In this document: piece by piece, positions 1 through 8,934 of the stretch
How the letters are laid out: the number at the start of each line of letters is the position of its first letter
How positions within the stretch are numbered: position 1 is the stretch's first letter
Assembly: GCA_016787575.1 (NCBI GenBank)
Contig: JAEUUO010000036.1
Coordinates: 1,266-65,265 of the forward strand
Length of the DNA stretch: 64,000 nt
Direction of reading: 5' to 3'
Origin: Saprospiraceae bacterium
Lineage (GTDB): Bacteria; Bacteroidota; Bacteroidia; Chitinophagales; Saprospiraceae
The notes under the pieces: model-generated
What the model saw: only the letters and a program-made list of their open reading frames with translations
Told to the model about the DNA's origin: nothing
The model's database searches: none
Program-made: the position numbers and the translations under genes

Positions 1-2
1 TT

Positions 3-281
3 GAGTGGCTCAATAAAATTGTAATAAAAATTGCATCCGAAGTTCACAAAAATAAAATTGAGGACTTTGAGAAACGTATTTTAGTTATTGAACAAGAACA
101 AAAAGTTGTTTTGAAAACACTCAAAGACATTGAAGCAAAACTTGACAAACTTGACGACAGGATTTACGATAATAATTTAAAAACCGCTAGTGCCTTAGGG
201 TTTGTTCAATCACTAAAGGCAACAGCTATTGATAATCCAAAATTTTTAAGTCAAGGTGACATCAACAAAGAACTGCCTTAG
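3..281 (+). CDS. hypothetical coiled-coil protein, 5' end outside the window (first cassette ORF)
   Basis: Frame 3 is open from the window edge to TAG at 279-281 (hand translation ...EQEQKVVLKTLKDIEAKLDKLDDRIY...). An attC-like site follows. Confidence 0.4.
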   Translation, partial: EWLNKIVIKIASEVHKNKIEDFEKRILVIEQEQKVVLKTLKDIEAKLDKLDDRIYDNNLKTASALGFVQSLKATAIDNPKFLSQGDINKELP

Positions 282-315
282 ACAAATTAGACAATGACAG
301 ACAACAAAAAACTAC

Positions 316-451
316 CGTTAACAGGCTATACACTCTACCCCGCCAGCAGCTTTATGGTTTACTTTCAATTTTTTTCGATAAGTTAAAATTATTTTTTTAC
401 TTTTGGATACCAGACTTTGGCGGTGCAGCGTGTATAGCCAATCCGTTGTAT
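316..451 (+). repeat. integron attC site (long AT-rich-centre family)
   Basis: CGTTAAC-aggctatacac ... gtgtatagcc-aatcc-GTTGTAT imperfect inverted repeat. The centre resembles the sites at 8929, 15068, 15824 and 16907. Confidence 0.65.
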
Positions 452-786
452 GAAATCCTGCCGCACGCAAACGCTCAGTACAGGAGCATCAATGGATAGA
501 TAATTTTAGAAGTCACAGCTTTTGGGTATGGTGAAGAGGACCTTAAGGACTTTGTTTAGCTGCAGTGATATCAAGCTCGCTTGAAAGATCAATGAAGCTA
601 AACAAAGTTCGGAAGTATTTAGGACAATGTCAAATAATTAGTCGATAATAGCCGTATATAAACGTTTAATTGTGACTGCTAAAAGGTATTGATGCGCCTG
701 CCGGAATTCAATACTACGCAAATCGAAGATTAACGTAATATTGAATAACCTTACTGAGGTTTCCGTAAAGTCAGCATCAGGACTTC

Positions 787-881
787 ACACAACTGCAGCT
801 TGAAACCATACCGGAAAGATATTTTCGGTAAAATTTAATATCTTTATTTCCGGAACGGTTTCAAGCTGCTTAACGTTATCG
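787..881 (+). repeat. integron attC site (short)
   Basis: ACACAAC-tgcagcttgaaaccataccggaaa ... tttccggaacggtttcaagctgc-ttaac-GTTATCG. The opening 7-mer matches 6/7 the reverse complement of GTTGTAT at 445-451. Confidence 0.7.
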
Positions 882-1049
882 CAGACTCATGGTGACTAAG
901 CATGACGGACTTGCGGAATGACTTCTCCCTCGTAGCAAAGCGTAGCATTATTGGCGGACATCACTCGTTTGCAGTTGCGCTGCTTCTTAAAAAATAAATT
1001 TAAGATTAGAAAGTTATTATTTCTTTTGAGTTTGGATGCCATGAGCCCA

Positions 1050-1144
1050 CGATAACATGGTGCACATCGCAATACCGCTATTCATGTTCTCATTTCTTTT
1101 TATATTTACGGAGCGGCACTGCGTCTGCACCAAGACCGTTGGTG
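1050..1144 (+). repeat. integron attC site (short)
   Basis: CGATAAC-atggtgcacatcgc...agcggcactgcgtctgcacc-GTTGGTG. CGATAAC is the exact reverse complement of GTTATCG at 875-881. Confidence 0.7.
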
Positions 1145-1172
1145 GCAAGCTTAACAGACACATCCCATAAAA

Positions 1173-2288
1173 ATGACAAAGAGAATAAAAACTAAAACAG
1201 TATTCATAATAGGTGCAGGATTTTCAGTTGAAGCCAAAGCACCTTCTCAAGAAAAATTAGTGCAAAAAATATTTGAAGTTCATAAAACTAATCCTGATGT
1301 TTTTAAAGAAAATAGAATTAATGAATTTGTAGAATTTTTAAGCACGACACTTTGCATTCCAAGCGAATTACAGGAAACAATCCCACTTGAAGATATATTT
1401 ACACCATTAGATAGTTGTATTTCAAACAATGTTACTTTTAGAAATTTAGGTGTACAAGAAGTTGTACAAAAAAGAAAATTAGTATTTGAACTAATCGGTT
1501 TAACACTTCAATTTTTATTAGGAGATTCTGATAAGAAATACATTGATGATTTTGCAGAGTATGTTATAAAAGCATCAAAAGTTAGACAAGGAACATACCG
1601 AACAATTGACCCAGTTTCAATTATTAGCACAAATTGGGATATTCTATTAGACAATTCTCTATATAACAAAATAATAAACCAAACTGATTTAGGGGTTGTT
1701 GATTATTGTTGTTATATAAGCTCATATGAAAAAGATGATGATTCCGTAAAGCCAGGGCTTGAAATATTGGGCAAAGGAGGTTTTAATGTAAAACTATTAA
1801 AACTTCATGGCTCTTTGAATTGGTTACAATGCCCTAAATGCCAAAGGATTTATGTAAAGTTTAATGAGAAAATTGCAATGAACCCTTATGCAAATATTGA
1901 TCATCCTACTTGTAGGCATTGTGATGCTAATTATGGCAAACAAAAATCACATAATCTTGTAGCCAATCTGATAATGCCAACATTCTTGAAAGACCTCTCT
2001 AATCCACAATTTAAAATCATTTGGCAGAACGCAGGAATTGAACTATCCGAAGCAAAAAAAATAGTTTTTATTGGTTATTCTTTACCTCAAGCCGACTTTG
2101 AAATGAGACAATTATTATCAAGAATGGTTGACGTGGATACAGAAATTGAAGTAGTAAATTTTAAGGACAATAATAATCCGAAAGTATATGAAGACTTAAT
2201 AAAAAATTACAGACAATTTTTTGGTAGAAGTGTCACAGATTTTAAAGACGGAACTAGAAAATATATAGAGCAACTACTAAAAGAATGA
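1173..2288 (+). CDS. SIR2-family (SIR2_2-like) NAD-binding protein with zinc-ribbon insert; single-gene cassette
   Basis: N-terminal FIIGAGFS, STNWD (TTNYD-like), LKLHGS catalytic-His motif, CPKC...CRHC zinc module, FIGYSLPQAD. Confidence 0.75.
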   Translation: MTKRIKTKTVFIIGAGFSVEAKAPSQEKLVQKIFEVHKTNPDVFKENRINEFVEFLSTTLCIPSELQETIPLEDIFTPLDSCISNNVTFRNLGVQEVVQKRKLVFELIGLTLQFLLGDSDKKYIDDFAEYVIKASKVRQGTYRTIDPVSIISTNWDILLDNSLYNKIINQTDLGVVDYCCYISSYEKDDDSVKPGLEILGKGGFNVKLLKLHGSLNWLQCPKCQRIYVKFNEKIAMNPYANIDHPTCRHCDANYGKQKSHNLVANLIMPTFLKDLSNPQFKIIWQNAGIELSEAKKIVFIGYSLPQADFEMRQLLSRMVDVDTEIEVVNFKDNNNPKVYEDLIKNYRQFFGRSVTDFKDGTRKYIEQLLKE

Positions 2289-2296
2289 AAGCCAGC

Positions 2297-2421
2297 CACC
2301 AACATTATATTGCCTCCATGCCACTTGATGATTTTTCTTTCACGCTTGACAGAAAATTTTTAACTTAGCTTTTGTATAACAGCCGGGGGAGTGGCACGGC
2401 GGCAATACGGATACGTTAGCG
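2297..2421 (+). repeat. integron attC site
   Basis: CACCAAC-attatattgcctccatgccact ... agtggcacggcggcaatacggatac-GTTAGCG. CACCAAC is the exact reverse complement of GTTGGTG at 1138-1144. Confidence 0.8.
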
Positions 2422-2441
2422 GTAATATCAAATCGACAATT

Positions 2442-3965
2442 ATGACAATAGAGCAATTTATAAATAATTTAGGATTTGAAATAAATCCATTTCAATATTC
2501 CAATGCGGATAAAGAAGTTGAGTATTTGGATTCGTATTTTATCAAACCTGATTATTTTGAAGATGTTTGGGGTAATCCGTATAATCCTGTATCTAACATT
2601 GTTTATGCCCCAAGAGGCGGTGGAAAAACTGCTCAAAGAATAATGATTGAAAAACGGGCTAAAGAATCAAAAGACATTCTCGCAATAACTTATACAAATC
2701 ATGACCTTTCAGAATTCAAAAAAATCGAGGACATCAACTTACATTATCATCTAACTTACTTAAATAGACTTCTATTAGTTGCATTTTTCAACAGAATAAA
2801 TGACACTTCATTTGACTTCAATTTCACTTTTAATTTTTCAGAGCGACAATATATTTACAAACTAGCACGCATTTATTTGTTTGATACTCCAGCATCTTTC
2901 CCAAATCAGGCAATTCAATCTCTGAAAACATTAGAGGATTATGCAGTTGATTTATGGAAAGGATTTAAGGAGCCAATAACAAATGTTATAAAACAGATTT
3001 CAAAAAGTAAAGGGCTCGAAGTTGACCTTTCCAAAATTGAAATTGATAAAAAACTAGAGTTAAGCCATAAAAACAACACTTTCAATATAATTCAACTACT
3101 AAAAAAATCAGGGTATAATTCTATTTATATACTTGTGGACAAAGTTGATGAACAAAACTTAACTGGAAATAATCCATCAGCAAGCTTCTCACTAATATCA
3201 GATCTTATCAAAGACCTTGAGTTATTAGAAACTCCCAATCTTAGCTTTAAATTTTTCTTATGGGATGCATTAAAGCCATTTGCAGTTGAAGCTGCTCGTC
3301 CCGACAGAGTATTCTCTTATGACTTAAGGTGGACTTGGATTCAAATCATTGAGATGTTATCAAAGAGGTCAGAAGCATACAGTAGAGGTAAAATCAAAAA
3401 TTTTGAATCTTTGTTTGAAAATAGAAAATCTCTTGGTAGAATTGTTCTGTTTTCAGAGTTGTCACCACGTGATTGTGTTAGAATTTGTAACAGAATACTC
3501 TCGGAACAATTCAAAGAAAATCCTAACTCTCTTAAATTTAGTGAATCGGTTGTAGATAGATCAATCGAACAATTTTGTAGGGAGAAAGCACAAGAACTAA
3601 TAGTGAATGCAACTAACCTTAAACACTTAACTAAAACTAACAGTGTTTCATTTACGATTGAAGAGCTTGTAGCAGCTAAAGTTGCGGCAGACTCTCCTGC
3701 AATTAGAAATATTATAAATCCATGGACGACCGCAGGTTATCTAAAAAAAATTGGACTTGTTGAAAGGAAAAATGCCAAATCTGTAAATGAATATGCCTAC
3801 CAGGACATTCGACTTGCATTTATGGCGACACCTACATTAAGCCTTGACCAATTTATAAAAGAAAAAGTTAGACGTTGTAAAACTGACACTTGTAAAACAT
3901 TTTACTACCGTGATTTTGATAGGAAACCTTATGATTGCCCTGAATGCAATACTGAAAATGAATAA
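2442..3965 (+). CDS. P-loop NTPase with C-terminal zinc ribbon, function unknown; single-gene cassette
   Basis: Walker A APRGGGKT (2613-2630), Walker B-like YILVDKVDE, C-terminal CKTDTC...CPEC. Start moved to ATG 2442 because the tracked GTG start at 2391 lies inside the attC. Confidence 0.6.
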   Translation: MTIEQFINNLGFEINPFQYSNADKEVEYLDSYFIKPDYFEDVWGNPYNPVSNIVYAPRGGGKTAQRIMIEKRAKESKDILAITYTNHDLSEFKKIEDINLHYHLTYLNRLLLVAFFNRINDTSFDFNFTFNFSERQYIYKLARIYLFDTPASFPNQAIQSLKTLEDYAVDLWKGFKEPITNVIKQISKSKGLEVDLSKIEIDKKLELSHKNNTFNIIQLLKKSGYNSIYILVDKVDEQNLTGNNPSASFSLISDLIKDLELLETPNLSFKFFLWDALKPFAVEAARPDRVFSYDLRWTWIQIIEMLSKRSEAYSRGKIKNFESLFENRKSLGRIVLFSELSPRDCVRICNRILSEQFKENPNSLKFSESVVDRSIEQFCREKAQELIVNATNLKHLTKTNSVSFTIEELVAAKVAADSPAIRNIINPWTTAGYLKKIGLVERKNAKSVNEYAYQDIRLAFMATPTLSLDQFIKEKVRRCKTDTCKTFYYRDFDRKPYDCPECNTENE

Positions 3966-3971
3966 TACTAC

Positions 3972-4103
3972 CGCTAACAGCCGTTTTGCAAAAGCGGGGG
4001 TTTCGTGCTTCTATGAAAGTGAAGTGTTAAATTCAAGTTTTGTGCATTTAATGAAGTTTAGTGCTAAAAATCCCCGCCTTCGCAAAGCGGCAAACCGTTA
4101 GGT
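3972..4103 (+). repeat. integron attC site (132-bp GC-rich-arm family)
   Basis: CGCTAAC-agccgttttgcaaaagcggggg ... aatccccgccttcgcaaagcggcaaacc-GTTAGGT. CGCTAAC is the exact reverse complement of GTTAGCG at 2415-2421. Confidence 0.85.
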
Positions 4104-4119
4104 GCAATTTTAAGATATT

Positions 4120-6003
4120 TTGAAAAGTAAAATACCAATATCAATAAGTCACTCAAATCTCCTTGAAGAATGGGACTATAGTTTAAACGAAAGACATCCT
4201 AATGACTTTACTAAAGGATCCAATTTTAAAGCGTTTTGGAAATGTAAAAAAAATCATTCATGGCAAGCTGCTATTTATTCAAGAACAAATGGACATGGCT
4301 GTCCATTTTGTAGATCCAGCACTTCACTGAATGAAATGACTATTTTTTCTGAATTAAGTTATGTTTTTCAAAATTCAATTCATAGGTATATAAAGGGAAA
4401 AAATGAAATTGACATTTTTTTACCGGATGTAGGTATCGGTGTTGAATATGATGGATTGAGGTGGCATATCGAGAATGACCAAAAAGACAGAAATAAAAAT
4501 CTATTCTTTCAAAGAAAAGGTATAAAAATTATCAGAATTAGACAGAAAGGGTTGCCCAAAATAACCGATGACGACATTATAGTTGAAAAGAAAATTGATA
4601 CTAAAGAAGTTATAAATGATTTACTAAAAATAATCTTGAAAACTGGTCAAGCGAAAGCTTATCAATCAAAAATTCTAGAATACATCAAACTTGATGGTGT
4701 AGCGAATGATTCAAAATATCAAGAATTATTAGCTTATCACCCATTTCCTTTCAAAGGAAGAAGTTTGGAAGATAAATTTCCAGCATTATCAGCAGAATGG
4801 GATACTAGTAAAAATAAAAATCTAACACCTAATCATTTCTATCCAAAATCAGCCACTAATGTCTGGTGGAAATGTTCAATGGGGCATGAATGGCTGGCAA
4901 GAATTTCACACCGAGTAAGTGGTAGTGGTTGCCCAATTTGTTCAGGTCGTGTTGCTGGATCAGAAAATAATCTCTCAGTTATTAATTTGGTATTAGCGAA
5001 GGAATGGCATTATCAAAAAAACAAACTGCTGCCTTATGATTACTTACCCAACTCAGGTAAAAAAGTCTGGTGGAAATGTACAAAAGGACATGAATGGCAG
5101 GCGACTATAGCTAGTCGTAACTCCAATGGCGCAGGCTGCCCTTTCTGTTCTGGCAATGATATAGAAGAATCTGATAGTATCTTTTACAATAAGGTAATAA
5201 TGTCAATTTGGAACTTTGAAAAAAACAATTCAATAAATCCAAAGAAACTGAGTAAAAATTCGAATAAAAAAGTTTGGTGGAAGTGTAAAAATAATCACGA
5301 GTGGGAATCAATAATTGCAAATATTTCTAAAGGAAGTGGTTGTCCATTCTGCAGTGGACATAAACCAACATATGAAACTTCATTTGGAAATAATCATCCT
5401 GATTTACTGAAGGAATGGGATTACTCAAAAAATGACAATAGTCCTTTCGATATAAGTTGCCAATCAAAGAAAAAAGTTTGGTGGAAATGTAATGATCAAC
5501 ACCAATGGCAAACTACAGTACAGAATAGAACTAAAGGCTCAAGATGTCCTTATTGTACCAATAAAATTGTACTAATAGCTAAATCTCTTTATACATTAGA
5601 GCCGGAATTAATGAAAGAATGGGATTTTAGTAAAAATCATAAAGTAGACCCAAAAACAATTAGCCTTGGTTCTGGACTTAAAGCCTGGTGGATTTGTAAA
5701 AATGGTCATTCATGGGAAGCATCAATTTATCATCGCACAAAAAACAAATCTGGATGTCCTTTTTGTTCTAACAAGAAAATTTCAATAGAAAATTCTATTG
5801 TGACTAAATATCCACAATTAATGAAGGAATGGGACTTTAAGTTAAATTCAGAGATTAAACCTGAGATGTATTCGCATGGTTCTACAAAAAAAGTTTGGTG
5901 GAAATGCGCTAAAGGACATAGTTGGCTTGCATCAATTGGGAAAAGAACGAGTGGCAGAAGTTGTCCGGAGTGTTATAAATTGAAAAGGAAAAACAGCACC
6001 TAA
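4120..6003 (+). CDS. seven-repeat treble-clef zinc-ribbon protein (DUF4379-like) with embedded Vsr/DUF559-like PD-(D/E)xK endonuclease domain
   Basis: Seven repeats of about 52 aa: EW(D/N)..KN....(V/A)WWKC..GH.W...I..R..G.GCP.C. EIDIFLPDVGIGVEYDGLRWH...IKIIRIR lies between repeats 1 and 2. TTG start. Confidence 0.7.
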   Translation: MKSKIPISISHSNLLEEWDYSLNERHPNDFTKGSNFKAFWKCKKNHSWQAAIYSRTNGHGCPFCRSSTSLNEMTIFSELSYVFQNSIHRYIKGKNEIDIFLPDVGIGVEYDGLRWHIENDQKDRNKNLFFQRKGIKIIRIRQKGLPKITDDDIIVEKKIDTKEVINDLLKIILKTGQAKAYQSKILEYIKLDGVANDSKYQELLAYHPFPFKGRSLEDKFPALSAEWDTSKNKNLTPNHFYPKSATNVWWKCSMGHEWLARISHRVSGSGCPICSGRVAGSENNLSVINLVLAKEWHYQKNKLLPYDYLPNSGKKVWWKCTKGHEWQATIASRNSNGAGCPFCSGNDIEESDSIFYNKVIMSIWNFEKNNSINPKKLSKNSNKKVWWKCKNNHEWESIIANISKGSGCPFCSGHKPTYETSFGNNHPDLLKEWDYSKNDNSPFDISCQSKKKVWWKCNDQHQWQTTVQNRTKGSRCPYCTNKIVLIAKSLYTLEPELMKEWDFSKNHKVDPKTISLGSGLKAWWICKNGHSWEASIYHRTKNKSGCPFCSNKKISIENSIVTKYPQLMKEWDFKLNSEIKPEMYSHGSTKKVWWKCAKGHSWLASIGKRTSGRSCPECYKLKRKNST

Positions 6004-6129
6004 CAACGGTTTTGTGTTATGGGGGCTGTCGTGCTTGGCAGAAACATTTGTGCAAGGCTCAACATTTGTACTTCGTATGAACAGTAGTGCTAAAAATCCC
6101 CCACAACGCAAAGCCGCAAACCGTTATGC
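5998..6129 (+). repeat. integron attC site (132-bp family)
   Basis: ACCTAAC...GTTATGC. ACCTAAC is the exact reverse complement of GTTAGGT at 4097-4103. The arms closely resemble the site at 3972-4103. The ORF stop TAA lies inside the opening core. Confidence 0.85.
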
Positions 6130-6166
6130 ACAAGTGTAGACAGACTTCAATTAAAATTAATAAGAC

Positions 6167-8308
6167 ATGAAAATCAGGCAAATCATAGATAAAATTGACG
6201 AGAACCAACTTTTTGTACCTGCATTCCAAAGAGAATATGTTTGGAAAAGGAATGATGCGAAAAATCTAATTTCTTCACTAATCAAAGATTATCCCACAGG
6301 AACAATGCTAACTTGGGAAACGAACAAACCACCAGAACTAAAAGGCAAATTCAAATATGATGAAAATAAAGGTGCGGTAAAAATAATTCTTGACGGACAA
6401 CAGCGCATTACGACACTATATATGCTAATGCAAGGTGACATTCCTCCATATTATAATGAAAATGAAATAGAAAACGATATTAGAAATTTATACGTAAATG
6501 TTGAATCGCTTGAACTGGAGTATTATAAAGTTAAAATGATGGAAAACAATCCACTTTGGGTGAATATTACAGATATTTTTAAAGGCAAAGTGAGAGAAAG
6601 AGATATAACAGATGAGTTAGAAAGAAGAAACAATGGGGAAAGATTACCAAGAGAAAGAGAAACACTTATTTCAAATAATATCAGATCAATTGAACGAATT
6701 GAAGACAGAGACTTTCTGGAACAGATAATTCCTGTAAAAGCAACAATTAAAGAAGCCATTGACATTTTTTATATTGTCAATGCAAGTGGGGTAAACTTGA
6801 CAGATGCAGAATTGGCCTTAGCTCAAATATCTGGCTATTGGCCAAATGCAAGAGATTTATTCAAGAAAAAATTACAGGAACTAGAAAAACAAGGCTGGGT
6901 TTTTAAACTGGATTTTATTGTGTATGCATTGTTGGCAGTTACACATAAAATGGGTTCCAAAATGGAAAAACTTCACACTGCAGATAACAAGGATAAGTTA
7001 ATGGCGGCATGGAAAAAACTTGACGATACTGTTCTCGACTACGTTTGCAATCTATTACAAAGTCAAGCATTTATTGACCATACTGATGAAATTAACTCAA
7101 TTTATGCACTTATTCCTTTAATTTCATACACTTTCAATAAACCTGACAGTAAACTGAATGAAGAAGAAATAAAGAAATCAATTAAGTGGTTTTACTATTC
7201 TCAAATACGATTTAGATATATAAGTCAGTTGCCGCAAAAATTAGATAAAGACATAGGTATAATTAATGACAATCTCAATCCCTTCGACACACTGCTTGCA
7301 CTAATCGACGAAGAACGGCCCTTAGAAATCAAGTCATCAGAATTTATTGGAAGAGACATACGCCACCCTTTATTTTCATTAATGAAATGGTATTTTAAAA
7401 GCAAAGGTGCTGTTTGTTTGGGGACCGGCCTGTCGCTTCGTAAAAATATGGGTAAAAAGTATAGTCTGGAAAGAGACCATATTTTCGCATACTCCGTTCT
7501 TAGGGATTCCGGTATTTACGACATGGAAAATCAATTCCATTACGCTATAGCACAAGAGATTACTAACCGTGCAATTCTAACATCAACTGAAAATCGGGAA
7601 AAGTCAGCTATGTTTGCTGATGTTTATTTATCTAATGTGAGAAAATTATTTCCAAATGCTTTGAAGTTACAAAGCATTCCAGAAGATGAAAATCTCTGGA
7701 AGGTAGAGAATTACGAAAGGTTCCTTGAAGCAAGAAGAGAAACGCTTGCTAAGGAATTGAATTATTTTCTACAAACTATTTCCATTGGGCAAGTAACAGT
7801 TTCAACATCTGTCGATTTGCTTGACATGATAGCATCTGGAGAGCATGGTTTTTTAGAATTCAAGTCAACTATGCGATGGAATTGGAAAGAGAACCGTCTT
7901 GACAAAAAGATGGAAGAGATCATTTTAAAAACTATTTCAGCATTTAGTAATGCCGAAGGTGGAAAACTGCTTATAGGAGTTACAGACGAAGGAGAAATAC
8001 TTGGACTCGAATCTGATTACAATACATTCAAGGAAGCTAATAAAGACCATTTTGAATTACACCTAAGAAATATAATCAACAATGCCTTTGGCAAAGAGTT
8101 CGGTGCAATTTATTTGAATGTCCGTTTTCCAATAGTGAATGATATAGAAATATGTGAAATAGATATCAAAGCGGCAAAGACACCTCTCTATTGTGAAATT
8201 GCTGACAAAAATGGAGCATCTCAAAAGAAATTTTATATCCGTAGTGGTAATTCATCGCAAGAGCTGGACATTGAAGAAACAGCGTCATACATTAAGAAAA
8301 GATTTTGA
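6167..8308 (+). CDS. GmrSD-like DUF262 (ParB-like) + His-Me/DUF1524-like nuclease fused to a C-terminal AlbA_2/Schlafen-like domain
   Basis: FQREYVW and DGQQR (6392-6406) are DUF262 motifs. ERDHIF...NRAILTSTENREKS is HNH-like. The C-terminal GEHGFLEFKS...FSNAEGGKLLIGVTDEGEILG resembles the AlbA_2/Schlafen fold. Confidence 0.7.
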   Translation: MKIRQIIDKIDENQLFVPAFQREYVWKRNDAKNLISSLIKDYPTGTMLTWETNKPPELKGKFKYDENKGAVKIILDGQQRITTLYMLMQGDIPPYYNENEIENDIRNLYVNVESLELEYYKVKMMENNPLWVNITDIFKGKVRERDITDELERRNNGERLPRERETLISNNIRSIERIEDRDFLEQIIPVKATIKEAIDIFYIVNASGVNLTDAELALAQISGYWPNARDLFKKKLQELEKQGWVFKLDFIVYALLAVTHKMGSKMEKLHTADNKDKLMAAWKKLDDTVLDYVCNLLQSQAFIDHTDEINSIYALIPLISYTFNKPDSKLNEEEIKKSIKWFYYSQIRFRYISQLPQKLDKDIGIINDNLNPFDTLLALIDEERPLEIKSSEFIGRDIRHPLFSLMKWYFKSKGAVCLGTGLSLRKNMGKKYSLERDHIFAYSVLRDSGIYDMENQFHYAIAQEITNRAILTSTENREKSAMFADVYLSNVRKLFPNALKLQSIPEDENLWKVENYERFLEARRETLAKELNYFLQTISIGQVTVSTSVDLLDMIASGEHGFLEFKSTMRWNWKENRLDKKMEEIILKTISAFSNAEGGKLLIGVTDEGEILGLESDYNTFKEANKDHFELHLRNIINNAFGKEFGAIYLNVRFPIVNDIEICEIDIKAAKTPLYCEIADKNGASQKKFYIRSGNSSQELDIEETASYIKKRF

Positions 8309-8345
8309 TGTTAAATCCGAAAGCGATTACAGCCAATAAACCTGT

Positions 8346-8477
8346 GCATAACAGCACCTACCCAAAAGACGGGGTTTTGTGCTCCAAAGACAGATTTGTG
8401 GTAAAAGGAATATTTGTACTATTAATCAACATTTGTGGTGAATCCCCCGCCCTTCGGGTAGCCGCAAAACGCTAGTG
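8346..8477 (+). repeat. integron attC site (132-bp family)
   Basis: GCATAAC...aatcccccgcccttcgggtagccgcaaaac-GCTAGTG. GCATAAC is the exact reverse complement of GTTATGC at 6123-6129. The closing core has C in place of the second T. Confidence 0.75.
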
Positions 8478-8487
8478 GCCATGCAAG

Positions 8488-8934
8488 ATGATAAAAGCTA
8501 TGCTTAATAGAATTGTGATCTCGATAATAATAATAATTATGTCATTAAGTTGCTCAAGGAATGATTATAGTGGAATTTATACACGACCGAGACATGTTAA
8601 ACTTTTAGGAGAAGGAATAACAATATTTAAAGACAGTTCGTATTCATACTTTTTTTCTGGCGGTGATTATCCAAGTATTATAGATAAAAAGGGGAATTAT
8701 AAAATGTTTAATAATAAACTAATCATATTTCATTCAGATAGCATAAGAGATTCAGAAATATCTCTTTACAGAGTGGATAGTTATTCCATAACTGATACTT
8801 ATTACATTCTAAAAATTGATCAAGAATGTATTTTGTATAACAATACAAAATGTTTTATGAAATTGAGGACGAACGGAAAGCTTGATGAATCGAAATATCA
8901 AAAAATCTGTAGAGCTGCAAAGCACGGTCACTAA
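8488..8934 (+). CDS. small hypothetical lipoprotein (cassette)
   Basis: Signal peptide with lipobox-like MSLSC. No recognisable domain. Confidence 0.5.
   Translation: MIKAMLNRIVISIIIIIMSLSCSRNDYSGIYTRPRHVKLLGEGITIFKDSSYSYFFSGGDYPSIIDKKGNYKMFNNKLIIFHSDSIRDSEISLYRVDSYSITDTYYILKIDQECILYNNTKCFMKLRTNGKLDESKYQKICRAAKHGH

Noticed and set aside
541-625. An 85-bp imperfect palindrome (CCTTAAG...TTTAGGA) that looks like a short attC site
   Set aside because: Its terminal 7-mers do not fit the cassette chain. The upstream core GTTGTAT (445) finds its partner ACACAAC at 787, not here, and no downstream site opens with TCCTAAA. It is treated as an internal hairpin of an ORF-less cassette.
2391-2441. N-terminal extensions of tracked ORFs (GTG 2391, TTG 16967, ATG 17748)
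   Set aside because: These extensions read straight through attC arms and encode low-complexity or odd peptides. Each has an in-frame ATG just after or overlapping the attC closing core (2442, 17033, 17880), which gives a sensible cassette ORF.
3910-4101. 63-aa ORF spanning the attC site after the NTPase cassette
   Set aside because: It lies almost entirely within the attC inverted repeat and is an artefact of the repeat sequence.
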